In this document: positions 16,417-26,118 of the stretch, one piece after another
How the letters are laid out: every line of letters begins with the position of its first letter
Numbering within the stretch: position 1 is the first letter of the stretch
From: a virus
Virus record (IMG/VR): IMGVR_UViG_3300023311_000098
Coordinates: 134-64,133 of that record
Reading direction: 5' to 3' (one strand)
Length of the DNA stretch: 64,000 bases
Translations under genes and position numbers: made by a program
Notes under the pieces: generated by a model
What the model was told of the DNA's origin: nothing
The model's input: the letters and a program-made list of their open reading frames with translations, nothing else
Database searches by the model: none

Positions 16417-17163
16417 ATGTTAACTAAAACTTTGAAATTTGACGTTGCAACCCTCGACACTCTCAAAGCTATGCAATGGGAGAATGACGGGAAACTAGGC
16501 AAGATTACCGCCCAGCTTGACCGCCCCGCCTATGTCGCAATAAACAAAGCACTTGAGGCAATGGGCGGCAAGTGGAACCGCGGCGCAGGCGGCCATGTAT
16601 TCCCAACAGATCCCCGCCCACAAGTTGAAGGACTGCTCGATTCTGGTAGCCTGACGGTAGACCGGGATGGTTTTTTTGAGACCCCGGAAGAACTGGCGCA
16701 GCTTATGGTACAGCGCGCAGATATTCAGCCCGGAGATTTTGTACTTGAACCCTCTGCCGGACTCGGTGCAATTGCGCGGCACTTCCCATTTTTTGAGAAT
16801 GTTTACATGGTGGAGAAGAACCATCAGCGCATTTGTGAATTAAGAAAAACGTTTCCGCTTGCGAAGGTATGGGAGGGCGATTTTATCACGCTGCCCCTAA
16901 CCCCCGGATACAACAAGATCATAATGAATCCCCCCTTCGAGGACGGGCAAGACATGGCACACGTAAGAATGGCCTATACATTACTGAACCCAGGCGGGCG
17001 GATAGTGGCGATTATGTCCCCTCACGCTTTCTTCGCAAATGACAAAAAGTCTGTAGCCTTCCGGGAATGGTTCACGGGAACCACGGAGGACTTGCCCGCG
17101 GGAACCTTCAAGGCAAGTGGTACAAATGTCATCGCCAAACTTGTTGTAATCGACAAGCCGTAA
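16417..17163 (+). CDS. SAM-dependent amino-(N6-adenine-type) DNA methyltransferase
   Basis: FFETP, VLEPSAGLGAI, IIMNPPF, F..SGTNV motifs. Confidence 0.88.
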   Translation: MLTKTLKFDVATLDTLKAMQWENDGKLGKITAQLDRPAYVAINKALEAMGGKWNRGAGGHVFPTDPRPQVEGLLDSGSLTVDRDGFFETPEELAQLMVQRADIQPGDFVLEPSAGLGAIARHFPFFENVYMVEKNHQRICELRKTFPLAKVWEGDFITLPLTPGYNKIIMNPPFEDGQDMAHVRMAYTLLNPGGRIVAIMSPHAFFANDKKSVAFREWFTGTTEDLPAGTFKASGTNVIAKLVVIDKP

Positions 17164-17319
17164 AGTCCGTGTTGTATCGTAACCTAAAATGAAAAGATAA
17201 AACTATGTGTACCAAAGAATGTCAACCACGCTGGACAAAAGGCAGAGGATCATTTATTGGATGGTATCTGAAAATATGCCGCAAGCATCAGATAATACAC
17301 GCCATGAAGAAAGGATGAA

Positions 17320-17718
17320 ATGACAAATAACCCAAACATTATCAGCATGAAGCAATGGGTTGAAGCCATGGCAGCATTGAAGCGCGAGGAACCGACATTA
17401 CTACGCGGCTTCAATGCCCTGCACCCACTGACCCCGGCGCAGTCCTTTGAGTACACCGGGGAGCGTGTCAGCAATAAAACCAGGCATGTTTTATCTTACA
17501 TCACCGCCTTGGACGCAGACGGAAAGCCGATAGACGCGTTTACAATCAACCGCGCAAAGTACTATATTTCGATTGGGAATATCCAAGGCTTTATTTCGCA
17601 ATCCAGTGACCCAGTAACAGCGCGCAAGATCAACCGGCCAGAGGGCGAACCATGCCCAGACTCAAGCTCCTATCTTTGGAGTAATCACTCTCAATGCTAT
17701 GTTCTGAAAGGAGAATAA
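17320..17718 (+). CDS. hypothetical protein
   Basis: AAGGA SD; 132 aa. Confidence 0.7.
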   Translation: MTNNPNIISMKQWVEAMAALKREEPTLLRGFNALHPLTPAQSFEYTGERVSNKTRHVLSYITALDADGKPIDAFTINRAKYYISIGNIQGFISQSSDPVTARKINRPEGEPCPDSSSYLWSNHSQCYVLKGE

Positions 17719-17719
17719 T

Positions 17720-18235
17720 ATGTGTGAATTTATCAGTTTCAAAATCGAGAAATCCCCGGAAGGATTGAAAATCATCACCGCCCCTGATCTGGAAAACCAT
17801 GACAAAATTCCCGGCAACGGCCATGAAGGCGAATGGGGCAAATATGGCACCCTTGACATACGCATCCCCCTAGAAACATCCGATAATGTGAAAGCGGAAT
17901 TGGAGGCGTTTGTCAAAAAGACCTATAAGACGCGCCAAAAGATGATTGACAAGTTAATTGTTCAGTACCTTGCGTCTGGAATCCTGCCAGACCATTTTTA
18001 CGAACATTCAAAGCTGAACAACCGAAAGTTGCGCCTGTTCGCTTGTGACTGCGCAGAGCGGGTATTGCCCATTTTCGAGAAGGCATATCCAAACGACAGT
18101 CGCCCGCGCGTATCCATTGAAACTGCACGAAAGTTTGCCAATGGACGGACAACCAGAGAGGAAATGGCTGCGGCTCGGGATGCGGCTAAAAAATGGCAGG
18201 CAGAACGACTGCTTCAATATATCAAAGGAGAATAA
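17720..18235 (+). CDS. Imm5-like domain phage protein
   Basis: LRLFACDCAERVLPIFE..YPND.RPR..IE.AR motif. Confidence 0.75.
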   Translation: MCEFISFKIEKSPEGLKIITAPDLENHDKIPGNGHEGEWGKYGTLDIRIPLETSDNVKAELEAFVKKTYKTRQKMIDKLIVQYLASGILPDHFYEHSKLNNRKLRLFACDCAERVLPIFEKAYPNDSRPRVSIETARKFANGRTTREEMAAARDAAKKWQAERLLQYIKGE

Positions 18236-18239
18236 TAAA

Positions 18240-18563
18240 ATGTACGAATCATTTTTAATCAACCCAAAGACAAACGAAGTCAGGACCGTAGGCACTCCGC
18301 ACGAAGAACACGAACTAAAAGCGCAGGGGTGGCAGCCCATCCCCGAAGGCGTGTACTCCCAGCTCCTGGACTTCAACAAGATCAAACAACTGAAGGAGCA
18401 GAACACAAAGACCATCGCGGTACTTAAAGAAGCGCGGCGGGAACTTAACTTCTTTGACAAGAACTGTCTTATCAAGTCCCGCGCAGGTGGCGGTTATGTT
18501 GAGATTGACCCTTCCCTAATCGACTCTCTCGATTATGCAATCAAAGAAAACGAGGATAAATGA
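18240..18563 (+). CDS. hypothetical protein
   Basis: AAGGAG SD; start MYESF. Confidence 0.7.
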   Translation: MYESFLINPKTNEVRTVGTPHEEHELKAQGWQPIPEGVYSQLLDFNKIKQLKEQNTKTIAVLKEARRELNFFDKNCLIKSRAGGGYVEIDPSLIDSLDYAIKENEDK

Positions 18564-18817
18564 TACCCGTAAACTTCTTTTCCCCCGAGTACAAACTTCC
18601 CATAAAACAATCTCTTGAAACCGACCTACGCGACGAGATTGACACACTGAAGGAGCAGAACGCGCGGCTTGTCAGCGCGTTGAAAAGTCTCATTGACGCA
18701 ACCGTACAAATTCCGGTTGACCGACGCGCAAAATGGGCATCCGAAACCAGCGAGAACGCACGCTTGTCTATTGACATGGCTCAAGACGCAATCAAAGAAA
18801 GCGAGGCGCAGAAATGA
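18560..18817 (+). CDS. hypothetical coiled-coil protein
   Basis: ATGA coupled. Confidence 0.7.
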   Translation: MIPVNFFSPEYKLPIKQSLETDLRDEIDTLKEQNARLVSALKSLIDATVQIPVDRRAKWASETSENARLSIDMAQDAIKESEAQK

Positions 18818-19008
18818 CCATACAGACAGAAATCAAAGCAACTGGATACCTGACCATCAAAGGCATCGCGGCCCGGATCGTTGACCTGGAGGGCGCAGTC
18901 TCAGACCTGCTCACACTGGCAGACAACCTCGCAGGCGCGTCCGCGCAGATGTATGAGGTCTACCAGCGCGCCCAAGAAGTCCTGGCGCAGAAAGTTGGTG
19001 GAGAATGA
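18814..19008 (+). CDS. hypothetical protein
   Basis: ATGA coupled. Confidence 0.65.
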   Translation: MTIQTEIKATGYLTIKGIAARIVDLEGAVSDLLTLADNLAGASAQMYEVYQRAQEVLAQKVGGE

Positions 19009-19198
19009 AAAACTTAAATCTTGATTGGGGCTTTGACTTTGGAATGGTTTACCGATATGAGCCACGCTCGTATTTCCAAATCCTGCATAACGATGATTGG
19101 GGCAGGGGCGAGGGATGTTTCAGTGTTTTCTATATTGCATTCGCTGGATTCGCAATTGGACTGTACTGTTTCTACGACCACGACGGGCGGGTATAACC

Positions 19199-19555
19199 AT
19201 GACCAGCAGCCTATCATGGCCCGCGTACTGGGCAACCAAACCCAACCCTGACGCAGAGTTTTACCGCTGGTTCGCATCCAGAGACGCACAGACGCAAAAA
19301 GAAATATTGACAGGCGCGCCCCCGGAAGTCGTCGCAAGATGTACACAACCCACCAATGTATCCCACGCGGGCAATGAAGCCCTCCGGTACTGGCAGAATA
19401 AATCCATCCAGAAGGCACCCACAACAAAAGCCCCCGCGCAGAAGGTTGTCAAGCCAAAGAAGAAGAGTAGACATCTCTGGACGTGGATCATCTTGGGCTA
19501 TGGATTGATATTTCTCGCGTGCGTTCTCCCCGCTCTTTTGAGGATGATAAAATGA
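19199..19555 (+). CDS. hypothetical protein with C-terminal TM helix
   Basis: KKK then LWTWIILGYGLIFLACVLPALL. Confidence 0.6.
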   Translation: MTSSLSWPAYWATKPNPDAEFYRWFASRDAQTQKEILTGAPPEVVARCTQPTNVSHAGNEALRYWQNKSIQKAPTTKAPAQKVVKPKKKSRHLWTWIILGYGLIFLACVLPALLRMIK

Positions 19556-19659
19556 GGCCATCTTGGAAGGAAATCGCTCTAACTGTTCTGATCGTTGTAC
19601 TGGCTATAGCAGCAGTGGCCGTATGGCTGTGTGTACCTATTCCATGAAAGGAGGATAAA

Positions 19660-19974
19660 ATGTCAAATTGGCAATATCATCTTGAAATGAAAGACTTGCG
19701 CGAAAAGTATGACAAGGACATGGACATCAAGGCTCTCGCGCAAGGATGTGTAGAGCGCATCACGAACCTTGTTGCCAAGCTCCATCTAAACCACATGGCG
19801 ATTATCAGAGAGGACATGGCAGACGAACTTGAAAACGATGTCATGCCTCTGTTTGAAGAAATCGCGGAAGAAGGCGGAGAAGTAGATGAATTTGATTATG
19901 CTCTTGAAAGTCTGTACGACTGGGCAGATACCGCCCAGATGACCATTTTGGCGGCAAGAAAATGTGTTGGGTAA
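19660..19974 (+). CDS. hypothetical acidic protein (possible 3' frameshift)
   Basis: AAGGAGG SD; FDYALESLYDWAD. Confidence 0.75.
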   Translation: MSNWQYHLEMKDLREKYDKDMDIKALAQGCVERITNLVAKLHLNHMAIIREDMADELENDVMPLFEEIAEEGGEVDEFDYALESLYDWADTAQMTILAARKCVG

Positions 19975-20169
19975 ATTGTAGATAAACTGTCATTGACGAA
20001 ATCAATCAAAGAAAGAAGGATAAAAATGAAGGCAGTTCTAGGAACAAGTACGATAGTATTTACCGACGATTCAGAGAGGTTCGCTATCGGTCTTGACGAA
20101 GAATTAACCCTGCACGACTTACTCCGTTTGATTAAGTTCTTCGTATCGGTGGCGCTTAAAATAGAAGGG

Positions 20170-20724
20170 TCAAAGCCCCCATTCTAATAACTTCTTGATC
20201 CATTCTCGCAGAACCTTAAGGGCGGCTTTTGTCAGCGCCCTCAAGTCCTCGGATAGATTGATTGACTCGCAGTCCTCCCATAATCTCTGGACCTCACGCC
20301 CGACCTTTTCAACTCTACGCATAAAAGACTTGAGCGGGTCTGCATCATGGGCCATGGAAACTTCGATTGACATCTCTCTCACGCTCGCGCCGACTTCCTC
20401 CGCCCAGGTCAGCCACTCCCGGCAATCATCATCTGAGAGAGTATACCTATCCCGCAACCGAGACAGCACAGCGAAGTGCGACACGCTCAGGGGAGAATCC
20501 GATTTGACTAGTAAACTCTTTAATTCCCACGCATCCCGGAGCGAGTAAATCAAGTCGGTTGATTTTCGTAACCTCGCACACAGTCCAGCGGTCAGGCCTC
20601 TCGTATAGCTAGGGAATTCTGCGTATGCCGTTGCAACGGCTTCGGACAGTTCCCATTTTGAGTATTCTGCCCTATCCCCCAATTTTCCAATGGCTTCCAC
20701 GACTTCAGAAAGTTCATCAGTCAT
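20170..20724 (-). CDS. hypothetical helical protein
   Basis: 184 aa in a short minus-strand operon. Confidence 0.7.
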   Translation of the reverse strand: MTDELSEVVEAIGKLGDRAEYSKWELSEAVATAYAEFPSYTRGLTAGLCARLRKSTDLIYSLRDAWELKSLLVKSDSPLSVSHFAVLSRLRDRYTLSDDDCREWLTWAEEVGASVREMSIEVSMAHDADPLKSFMRRVEKVGREVQRLWEDCESINLSEDLRALTKAALKVLREWIKKLLEWGL

Positions 20725-20896
20725 TGTCGCCGCATTCTCTTACAAACTCTGCTATCTTCTCAAGTTGTTGGGCAGAGAAACTTCCATCGAGTTCTACTAA
20801 AATCACGTCGGGAGAAAAGTCTAATATTTTGACATGCCAGCCACGTTCTTTCCATTGCGATTCAAACGCCCTTACATCTTCCGGGTTCTTCGACAT
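20717..20896 (-). CDS. hypothetical protein (59 aa, below track cutoff)
   Basis: MSKNPEDVRAFESQWKERGW...; fills the gap and overlaps the next start. Confidence 0.55.
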   Translation of the reverse strand: MSKNPEDVRAFESQWKERGWHVKILDFSPDVILVELDGSFSAQQLEKIAEFVRECGDND

Positions 20897-21329
20897 AGAC
20901 GCTCCTATTCTGCAATCGTTCTAATTCTGCTTTGAGATTATCGCGGATCTCCCGCAAATGAATAATACTCCATTTCCATCCATTAAAAGATGCGCGTTCC
21001 GACAATTCCAGGCAGACACCATACCCATATTTTTTCAACATGAACGCGTCATAATAGCCGGTGTAATTATTATGTCGCCCGTTGCAGTTTGAGCATTGGC
21101 AATTCACGTTCCGAAGGTCGTAACGTGTATATTGCTTGGCGCGCTTCTGCCAGTGGGAAGCTGTGAGAAATCCCCCACAGGAAGCCCCAGGCGTGACGCA
21201 ACCCCCGTCCCGGAGCCGGACTATCTGCTTGAGGCATTCCATGCACTCCAGATCAAGCAGGGTGCGCTCTGGGCGGTACTTCCCGCGCTTCTTCTTTTTG
21301 ACTTTGATGGGCTTGGGCTTGGGGGTCAT
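20862..21329 (-). CDS. NinG/Rap-like recombination endonuclease
   Basis: VRLRDGGCV..C...ASHW...TRYDLRNVNCQCSNCN. Confidence 0.85.
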   Translation of the reverse strand: MTPKPKPIKVKKKKRGKYRPERTLLDLECMECLKQIVRLRDGGCVTPGASCGGFLTASHWQKRAKQYTRYDLRNVNCQCSNCNGRHNNYTGYYDAFMLKKYGYGVCLELSERASFNGWKWSIIHLREIRDNLKAELERLQNRSVYVEEPGRCKGV

Positions 21330-21572
21330 TCGATCACATAAATATCTTCTGGGTGAAATTCTTCTGCTTGCTTACTACGACAATAAAGGCAGATTGGATT
21401 TCCTACCAGCCACCACCAGAATAAAAGCGCAAGGTATGGCAATCCCAATAATAACCGCTGCCAATGCGGTAAATCTGGATTGCTCCATAAATACATTCTT
21501 CCGGGCGGGCGGTTATTCATTCTCTCCATCCTTCCTTGAAAGTACGTGACGTATCGGAAACTCGACAAAGCA

Positions 21573-21620
21573 ATTATACCATAGAGTATTGACAAGTAAT
21601 GGATAGTATGCTAAACTATC
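21573..21620. promoter_or_regulatory. divergent promoters with operator
   Basis: TTGACA-17-TAAACT (+, 21589-21617); TGgTATAAT (-); GATAGT..ACTATC inverted repeat over the -10. Confidence 0.75.
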
Positions 21621-21636
21621 TACCAAAGGAGCAAAT

Positions 21637-21858
21637 ATGGCAAACGTGAGATTACAGGTTATTGTACCAGAAGAACTTGGAAAACAACTCGAGGCAGAGG
21701 CGTTGTCTCATAATGCCACCCTGTCTTGGGTTATCCGAAATATCCTGATGGGATATGTCAGGAATAAACCCATTCGCATCCCGTCCATTCCGTTCACTGG
21801 CCGCGGGGATGAGATAGGCGAAGGCTTCGGAGAACACGGCGAAAGCGAGGAGGCATAA
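21637..21858 (+). CDS. ribbon-helix-helix transcriptional regulator
   Basis: VRLQVIVPEEL...LE..A.....TLSWVIR..L. Confidence 0.75.
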   Translation: MANVRLQVIVPEELGKQLEAEALSHNATLSWVIRNILMGYVRNKPIRIPSIPFTGRGDEIGEGFGEHGESEEA

Positions 21859-21860
21859 CT

Positions 21861-22229
21861 ATGAGAACAAATACTGCGCCCTGGGACTTTAAGCGTATGC
21901 CATTCGATCTTCCTCCACTTAATGACACCTGCCCGGAATGCGGACAGCCCTGTTTTAGCGGAGCCATCCCGAATGGAAAATTGTACAATTGTCCTGCATG
22001 TAAATCAGAAACACGCACCTATGACGAGGAGCGCGAGAAAGATATGTGGCGGAGAATGTTTGACCGTCTCGACCTATTCCTAGAAGTCAAAGAACTCGTC
22101 CACGCTGCCCGCGCAATCCGCGCGTGGTGGGATATGCCCCTGAAAGATAAAGAGGCTGTAATCCAATACGGGATGGAGCTTGACGGTTATCAAACCGGAC
22201 AAGAGATAAGGAGTTCGCTGGGTATTTAG
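21861..22229 (+). CDS. zinc-ribbon hypothetical protein
   Basis: CPECG...CPAC. Confidence 0.7.
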   Translation: MRTNTAPWDFKRMPFDLPPLNDTCPECGQPCFSGAIPNGKLYNCPACKSETRTYDEEREKDMWRRMFDRLDLFLEVKELVHAARAIRAWWDMPLKDKEAVIQYGMELDGYQTGQEIRSSLGI

Positions 22230-22301
22230 GCCACCCACCAAAGCACGAGATAGACCTATCTTAGAGGCATAGCCTCAAATTACCTAAAAAGGAGATTTAC
22301 A

Positions 22302-23276
22302 ATGAGATCATTTGACGAAGGTTCAAGAAGTGGATATGTAGAACTGCCCGTCCCCGCCGCGTGGATGCGGTGGGCTAGGGGAGATGCTAAACTGGCATCG
22401 GTAAAGAAAGATGACCCAGCCGCGTTCTATGGCGGTTGGCGCGCCTTTCTACAACACAAAGAACGTGGAAGCGACACCCAAGTAGACAACCCCGCGCTAC
22501 CTCTGCCCGTGGTTGAACGCGTGTCTGAAAATGGCGAACACGCTTACAAGGTGTACGTAACCAACGTTCTGAATTTTCTGCCCCTCCAGTGGAGACTTCG
22601 GTACGAATACCGGGTCAAAGTCAAAGATGAACAAACTGGACGCGAAACAGAAAAAGTTATGGAGTCTTCTCCAGATAGAAAGCCTGGATACCAGCCCAAT
22701 AAGCAAATTTTTGGTTTGGTTTTCAATTCAAAAACGGATGAGTACGCTCCGGCAATTCTGTTCATCAGCACATGGAGCGCGTTTATTTCCATGAATAAGG
22801 CGGCTGAGGCATGGAAGAAGGTCAACAAGTCTACCCCGGAAGGACAAGTGCTTATCCGCCGCTATGGTTCCACTGGTGTTAACAGCGGCGCAACCCCAAA
22901 GTTTGAGATTTATGGACAGGGGCGTAGCACTCCAATTGATGCAATCGGAACAGACAAACCTCGCTACATTGCGGATAGCCCGGAGTTTGACAAACTCTTT
23001 GATGATTCAATTGCATGGAAAAACTGCCCGGCCTGGAACGTCGAAGGAAAGGTAACTGAGGAAGACCCCGCCAATGGTGGTGGAAACCCCGACCTGCTAC
23101 GTTTCGACCAACTTGCCGATGAAATGGGCCTGAGCAATATCGAAAAAACCCAACTGGTTTCCGAGGCCGGAGGCAATTACAAACGCGCCATTGAAATGCT
23201 GGATTATGGCAAAGACACCCCGGCTACTGACGCGGACATTAATCAACTGCTCGCGGATAGTGATATTCCGTTTTAG
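22302..23276 (+). CDS. putative single-stranded DNA-binding/annealing protein
   Basis: 324 aa, beta-rich, acidic tail ending DSDIPF; strong SD; followed by a hairpin. Confidence 0.55.
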   Translation: MRSFDEGSRSGYVELPVPAAWMRWARGDAKLASVKKDDPAAFYGGWRAFLQHKERGSDTQVDNPALPLPVVERVSENGEHAYKVYVTNVLNFLPLQWRLRYEYRVKVKDEQTGRETEKVMESSPDRKPGYQPNKQIFGLVFNSKTDEYAPAILFISTWSAFISMNKAAEAWKKVNKSTPEGQVLIRRYGSTGVNSGATPKFEIYGQGRSTPIDAIGTDKPRYIADSPEFDKLFDDSIAWKNCPAWNVEGKVTEEDPANGGGNPDLLRFDQLADEMGLSNIEKTQLVSEAGGNYKRAIEMLDYGKDTPATDADINQLLADSDIPF

Positions 23277-23329
23277 CAATCCCAATCCCCGCCGCACAAT
23301 CGGCGGGGAATATGAAAGGATAAAATATC

Positions 23330-23533
23330 ATGGAAGAACAGCACATCTATCATCACAACGACTCTGACGGAGTACGGATCAACGTCAAGGTCGAGAAGAA
23401 CACGAAGGGCTATAACTACGAAGCCACCGTAACCGGCGCAAAGACCGTCGAAGAGGCTATGGCAGCCCTTGATAAGGCACAGGCGGCGCTACAGGCCCGC
23501 TTTGGCGAACCATCCATCCCGCCAACTATATAA
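23330..23533 (+). CDS. hypothetical protein
   Basis: VKVEKNTKGYNYE; AAGGA SD. Confidence 0.7.
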   Translation: MEEQHIYHHNDSDGVRINVKVEKNTKGYNYEATVTGAKTVEEAMAALDKAQAALQARFGEPSIPPTI

Positions 23534-24399
23534 TCCATTCCTCTGCCTCTCTTGCGACTGATAGGAACGGATACCGAAAATCCGAAGAAAGCGCATACAC
23601 GCTGGAGTAGGATAGGTAGGCATGACGGCGGGTGCGGAGGCATATTGAGAGGAGATAACATGAAAGCAAAATCAAACGGAATCATACTTGAGCTTACTTT
23701 TGAAGAGGCTGTCGTCCTGAACCATCTTTTAGGAAATCTTTCAAAAGACGCCGCGGAAGTATGTGGACTGGAAGAGGATGAGACGGATATATTGCGGAGA
23801 ATGTTTTGGACGCTTTCGGCATATCTCCCCAACGAGGAGGACGGATGAACCCTATTTGTGATAGCCTAATCATCCTGGCAATCATCGGTGGCTTGTTATT
23901 GATCTATTCCTGCTGCAAAGTCGCCGGGGACGCAGACCGGCGCATGGAACAGATGCAGGATGAACAGCAGAAAGTAGAGGAATAAATGCACGAATGCCCT
24001 GAGTGTGGTCAAGCCTGCGATTGCGATGGCGAAGATACATGGTTCGACAATTACACGAATTGCGAACACGAATGCGATGAATGGGAAGAAGATAATCTTG
24101 GAGAGGAGGAAGAATGACCCGTAGACACAATCTCCCGTTTCTCGCCACGATGCTTGCCACCATAGCATCCAACGCGCTTCCGCCCCAACCAGAGACGATA
24201 CATTTATCCTCACGGGCGCACGATGCGTATCTGAAACAATTGAAGAACAACAAGAGAAAGAGGGTGAAGAAATGACCTGCACCTGCCCATCGAAGGATTG
24301 GTTCCACTTCGATCAATCCTGGATACAATTCAACCCGGATTGCCCCGAGCATAAAGACCTTGTACCGGATGGAATAATGCCGACAGAAAGTGAGGAAGA

Positions 24400-24786
24400 A
24401 TGACAAACATAATCACAGTACAGCATCAAATAGACCTGAAAACTACCGAATGTTGTGAGTGTGGAATAATATTCGGTATGCCGTCTGATTTATACGACTA
24501 TCGGGTAAATGACCACGGTAATTTTTATTGCCCGAATGGACATGGACAATCTTTCGTCGGTAAATCCGAAGCGCAACGATTAAAGGAGAGGCTGGCAGAA
24601 GAACAACGCAAATTATCCCAAGCTCAGTTTGAGTTAATGGCAACCGAAAAGAAGGTCAAACGTTTAGAGAAACGCGCCAAGAATGGAGTTTGCCCTTGTT
24701 GCCATCGGCAGTTTGTATCAGTTGCACGCCACATGAAAACCAAGCACCCTGATTTTGCAAACGAGGCGAACCATGCTGACAATTGA
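24400..24786 (+). CDS. zinc-finger phage protein
   Basis: CCECG, FYCPNGH, coiled coil, C2H2 CPCC...HMKTKH. Confidence 0.8.
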   Translation: MTNIITVQHQIDLKTTECCECGIIFGMPSDLYDYRVNDHGNFYCPNGHGQSFVGKSEAQRLKERLAEEQRKLSQAQFELMATEKKVKRLEKRAKNGVCPCCHRQFVSVARHMKTKHPDFANEANHADN

Positions 24787-25228
24787 GAAACACGCTTCCG
24801 AATTGCGCAGACTGCGCGCCGAACTTGACCAATGGAAGAAAACCTCCCGGATTTTCGAGGACGGATTAAGCGAAGCCAGCAAGGAAGTGTTGGCGCTCAA
24901 TACCGATCTCGAAATCAAGCAATATTTGCTGGACGAGGCTATCCGCAAGGGGCTGCAATTGTGTGAACAGAATGGCGATTTATTGATGCAACTCGCCGCG
25001 GCAAAGGCTGATAATGATGAACTCAGCAAGATTGTTGACGATGCAATAGCTTTTCACGAGGGCGACGATAGCCCCCACGCACAACTTGAGCAGGAGAATG
25101 CCCGACTTAAGGCGGAACTGGCAGAGGCACGGAAAGTGATGGGATGGATTGCAACTCACGACGCCTGGCAATTTGACGCAACGGGCGCATGTAAGGATTA
25201 TCTTGCCGCCCATCCGGAGCCGAAATGA
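24773..25228 (+). CDS. coiled-coil hypothetical protein
   Basis: GAGG SD; heptad-rich. Confidence 0.7.
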   Translation: MLTIEKHASELRRLRAELDQWKKTSRIFEDGLSEASKEVLALNTDLEIKQYLLDEAIRKGLQLCEQNGDLLMQLAAAKADNDELSKIVDDAIAFHEGDDSPHAQLEQENARLKAELAEARKVMGWIATHDAWQFDATGACKDYLAAHPEPK

Positions 25229-25321
25229 TCCGCCGCTTCTTGGCATGGCTACGCTGGTCCCTGACCGGGGCTGAATGGAACACCGGACGCTTGACCATCA
25301 CATATAAAGATTGGAGAAAAT

Positions 25322-25525
25322 ATGAGCAGATTGGATTATGTAATGTCTTTAGAGATATCCGCTAATAATTATCCGTTTTGGGCATTGGTAATGGCCGCTA
25401 TCCGCCAATCCGATTCGCATAATTTTGAGAAATTCGAGCAGATGTTCCCCGATGTTATGGCCGAGTTTCAGGAACGGTATCATACGCCCGGTGGCCATCT
25501 CCCAGGAGAGGAAGATCCGAATTGA
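25322..25525 (+). CDS. hypothetical protein
   Basis: PFWALVMAAIRQSD...RYHTPGG; GGAG SD. Confidence 0.75.
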   Translation: MSRLDYVMSLEISANNYPFWALVMAAIRQSDSHNFEKFEQMFPDVMAEFQERYHTPGGHLPGEEDPN

Positions 25526-25582
25526 CCATCAGCCGGGAGCAGTGGCGCAGGTACGCGAAGGTATGAGGTATACTGAAAACAT

Positions 25583-25661
25583 GCGTGAGTTGGGCAATGG
25601 CAGCCCCTCTGACTGTAGATCAGACGCCTCGGCTATACAGGTCCGAATCCTGTCTCACGCA
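25583..25661 (+). tRNA. tRNA-Tyr(GTA)
   Basis: GCGTGAG/CTCACGC-A acceptor, GGGC/GCCC D stem, TCTGA-CTGTAGA-TCAGA anticodon arm, long variable arm, ACAGG-TCCGAAT-CCTGT; no encoded CCA. Confidence 0.9.
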
Positions 25662-25841
25662 CTTGCACCCTAACATTTGCATAACGGGAGCGGCGCATAT
25701 GCCACTGGTGAAATATCCTGGATTGCGGCGGCCCGCTCCCTGAATGCTCTACCTCCGCCGTGGCCCTAAACTATCGGACGGAATGGCGAAACCTATCGAG
25801 CGGCGGAGGTAGAAAGAACGTGACGAATCGGAGGTTTTATT

Positions 25842-26036
25842 ATGAGCGGACACTATGAACCCGTTTTAGAATGGGTAGAGGACGATCCCGAAGATGAACT
25901 CGATGATATTGACCCGAAAGAAATCGAGGAAGAAGAAAATCTCGAAAAAGGCACATGTATTTGTGGCGCGTGGGTTTGGAGCGACAAACAAAAGAAATTT
26001 ATCCATGTTGCCGATTGTTGTTGCGGGAGAACATAA
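25842..26036 (+). CDS. small acidic Cys-rich protein
   Basis: GGAGG SD; CICG...HVADCCCG. Confidence 0.7.
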   Translation: MSGHYEPVLEWVEDDPEDELDDIDPKEIEEEENLEKGTCICGAWVWSDKQKKFIHVADCCCGRT

Positions 26037-26118
26037 TCATCCAACCTATCACACAGACGACGCGCAGGAAGATATGCACCCTTGTACAAAATAAGAAAGT
26101 TGTGATAATATTGATAAC

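Noticed and set aside
23541-23642. Hammerhead-like CTGATAG...CGGAT/ATCCG...GAAA-GCG/CGC segment
   Set aside because: The core is CUGAUAG rather than CUGANGA, the cleavage position would be G, and stem I is poor; at most a generic structured intergenic region.
25583-25661. Stop-codon recoding or suppressor tRNA
   Set aside because: The anticodon is GTA, and long genes are intact under the standard code with TAG, TGA and TAA all used as stops.
25758-25780. TTAGGGCCACG on the minus strand resembling a pistol ribozyme
   Set aside because: No pairing partner for P1 and no downstream conserved pistol elements.
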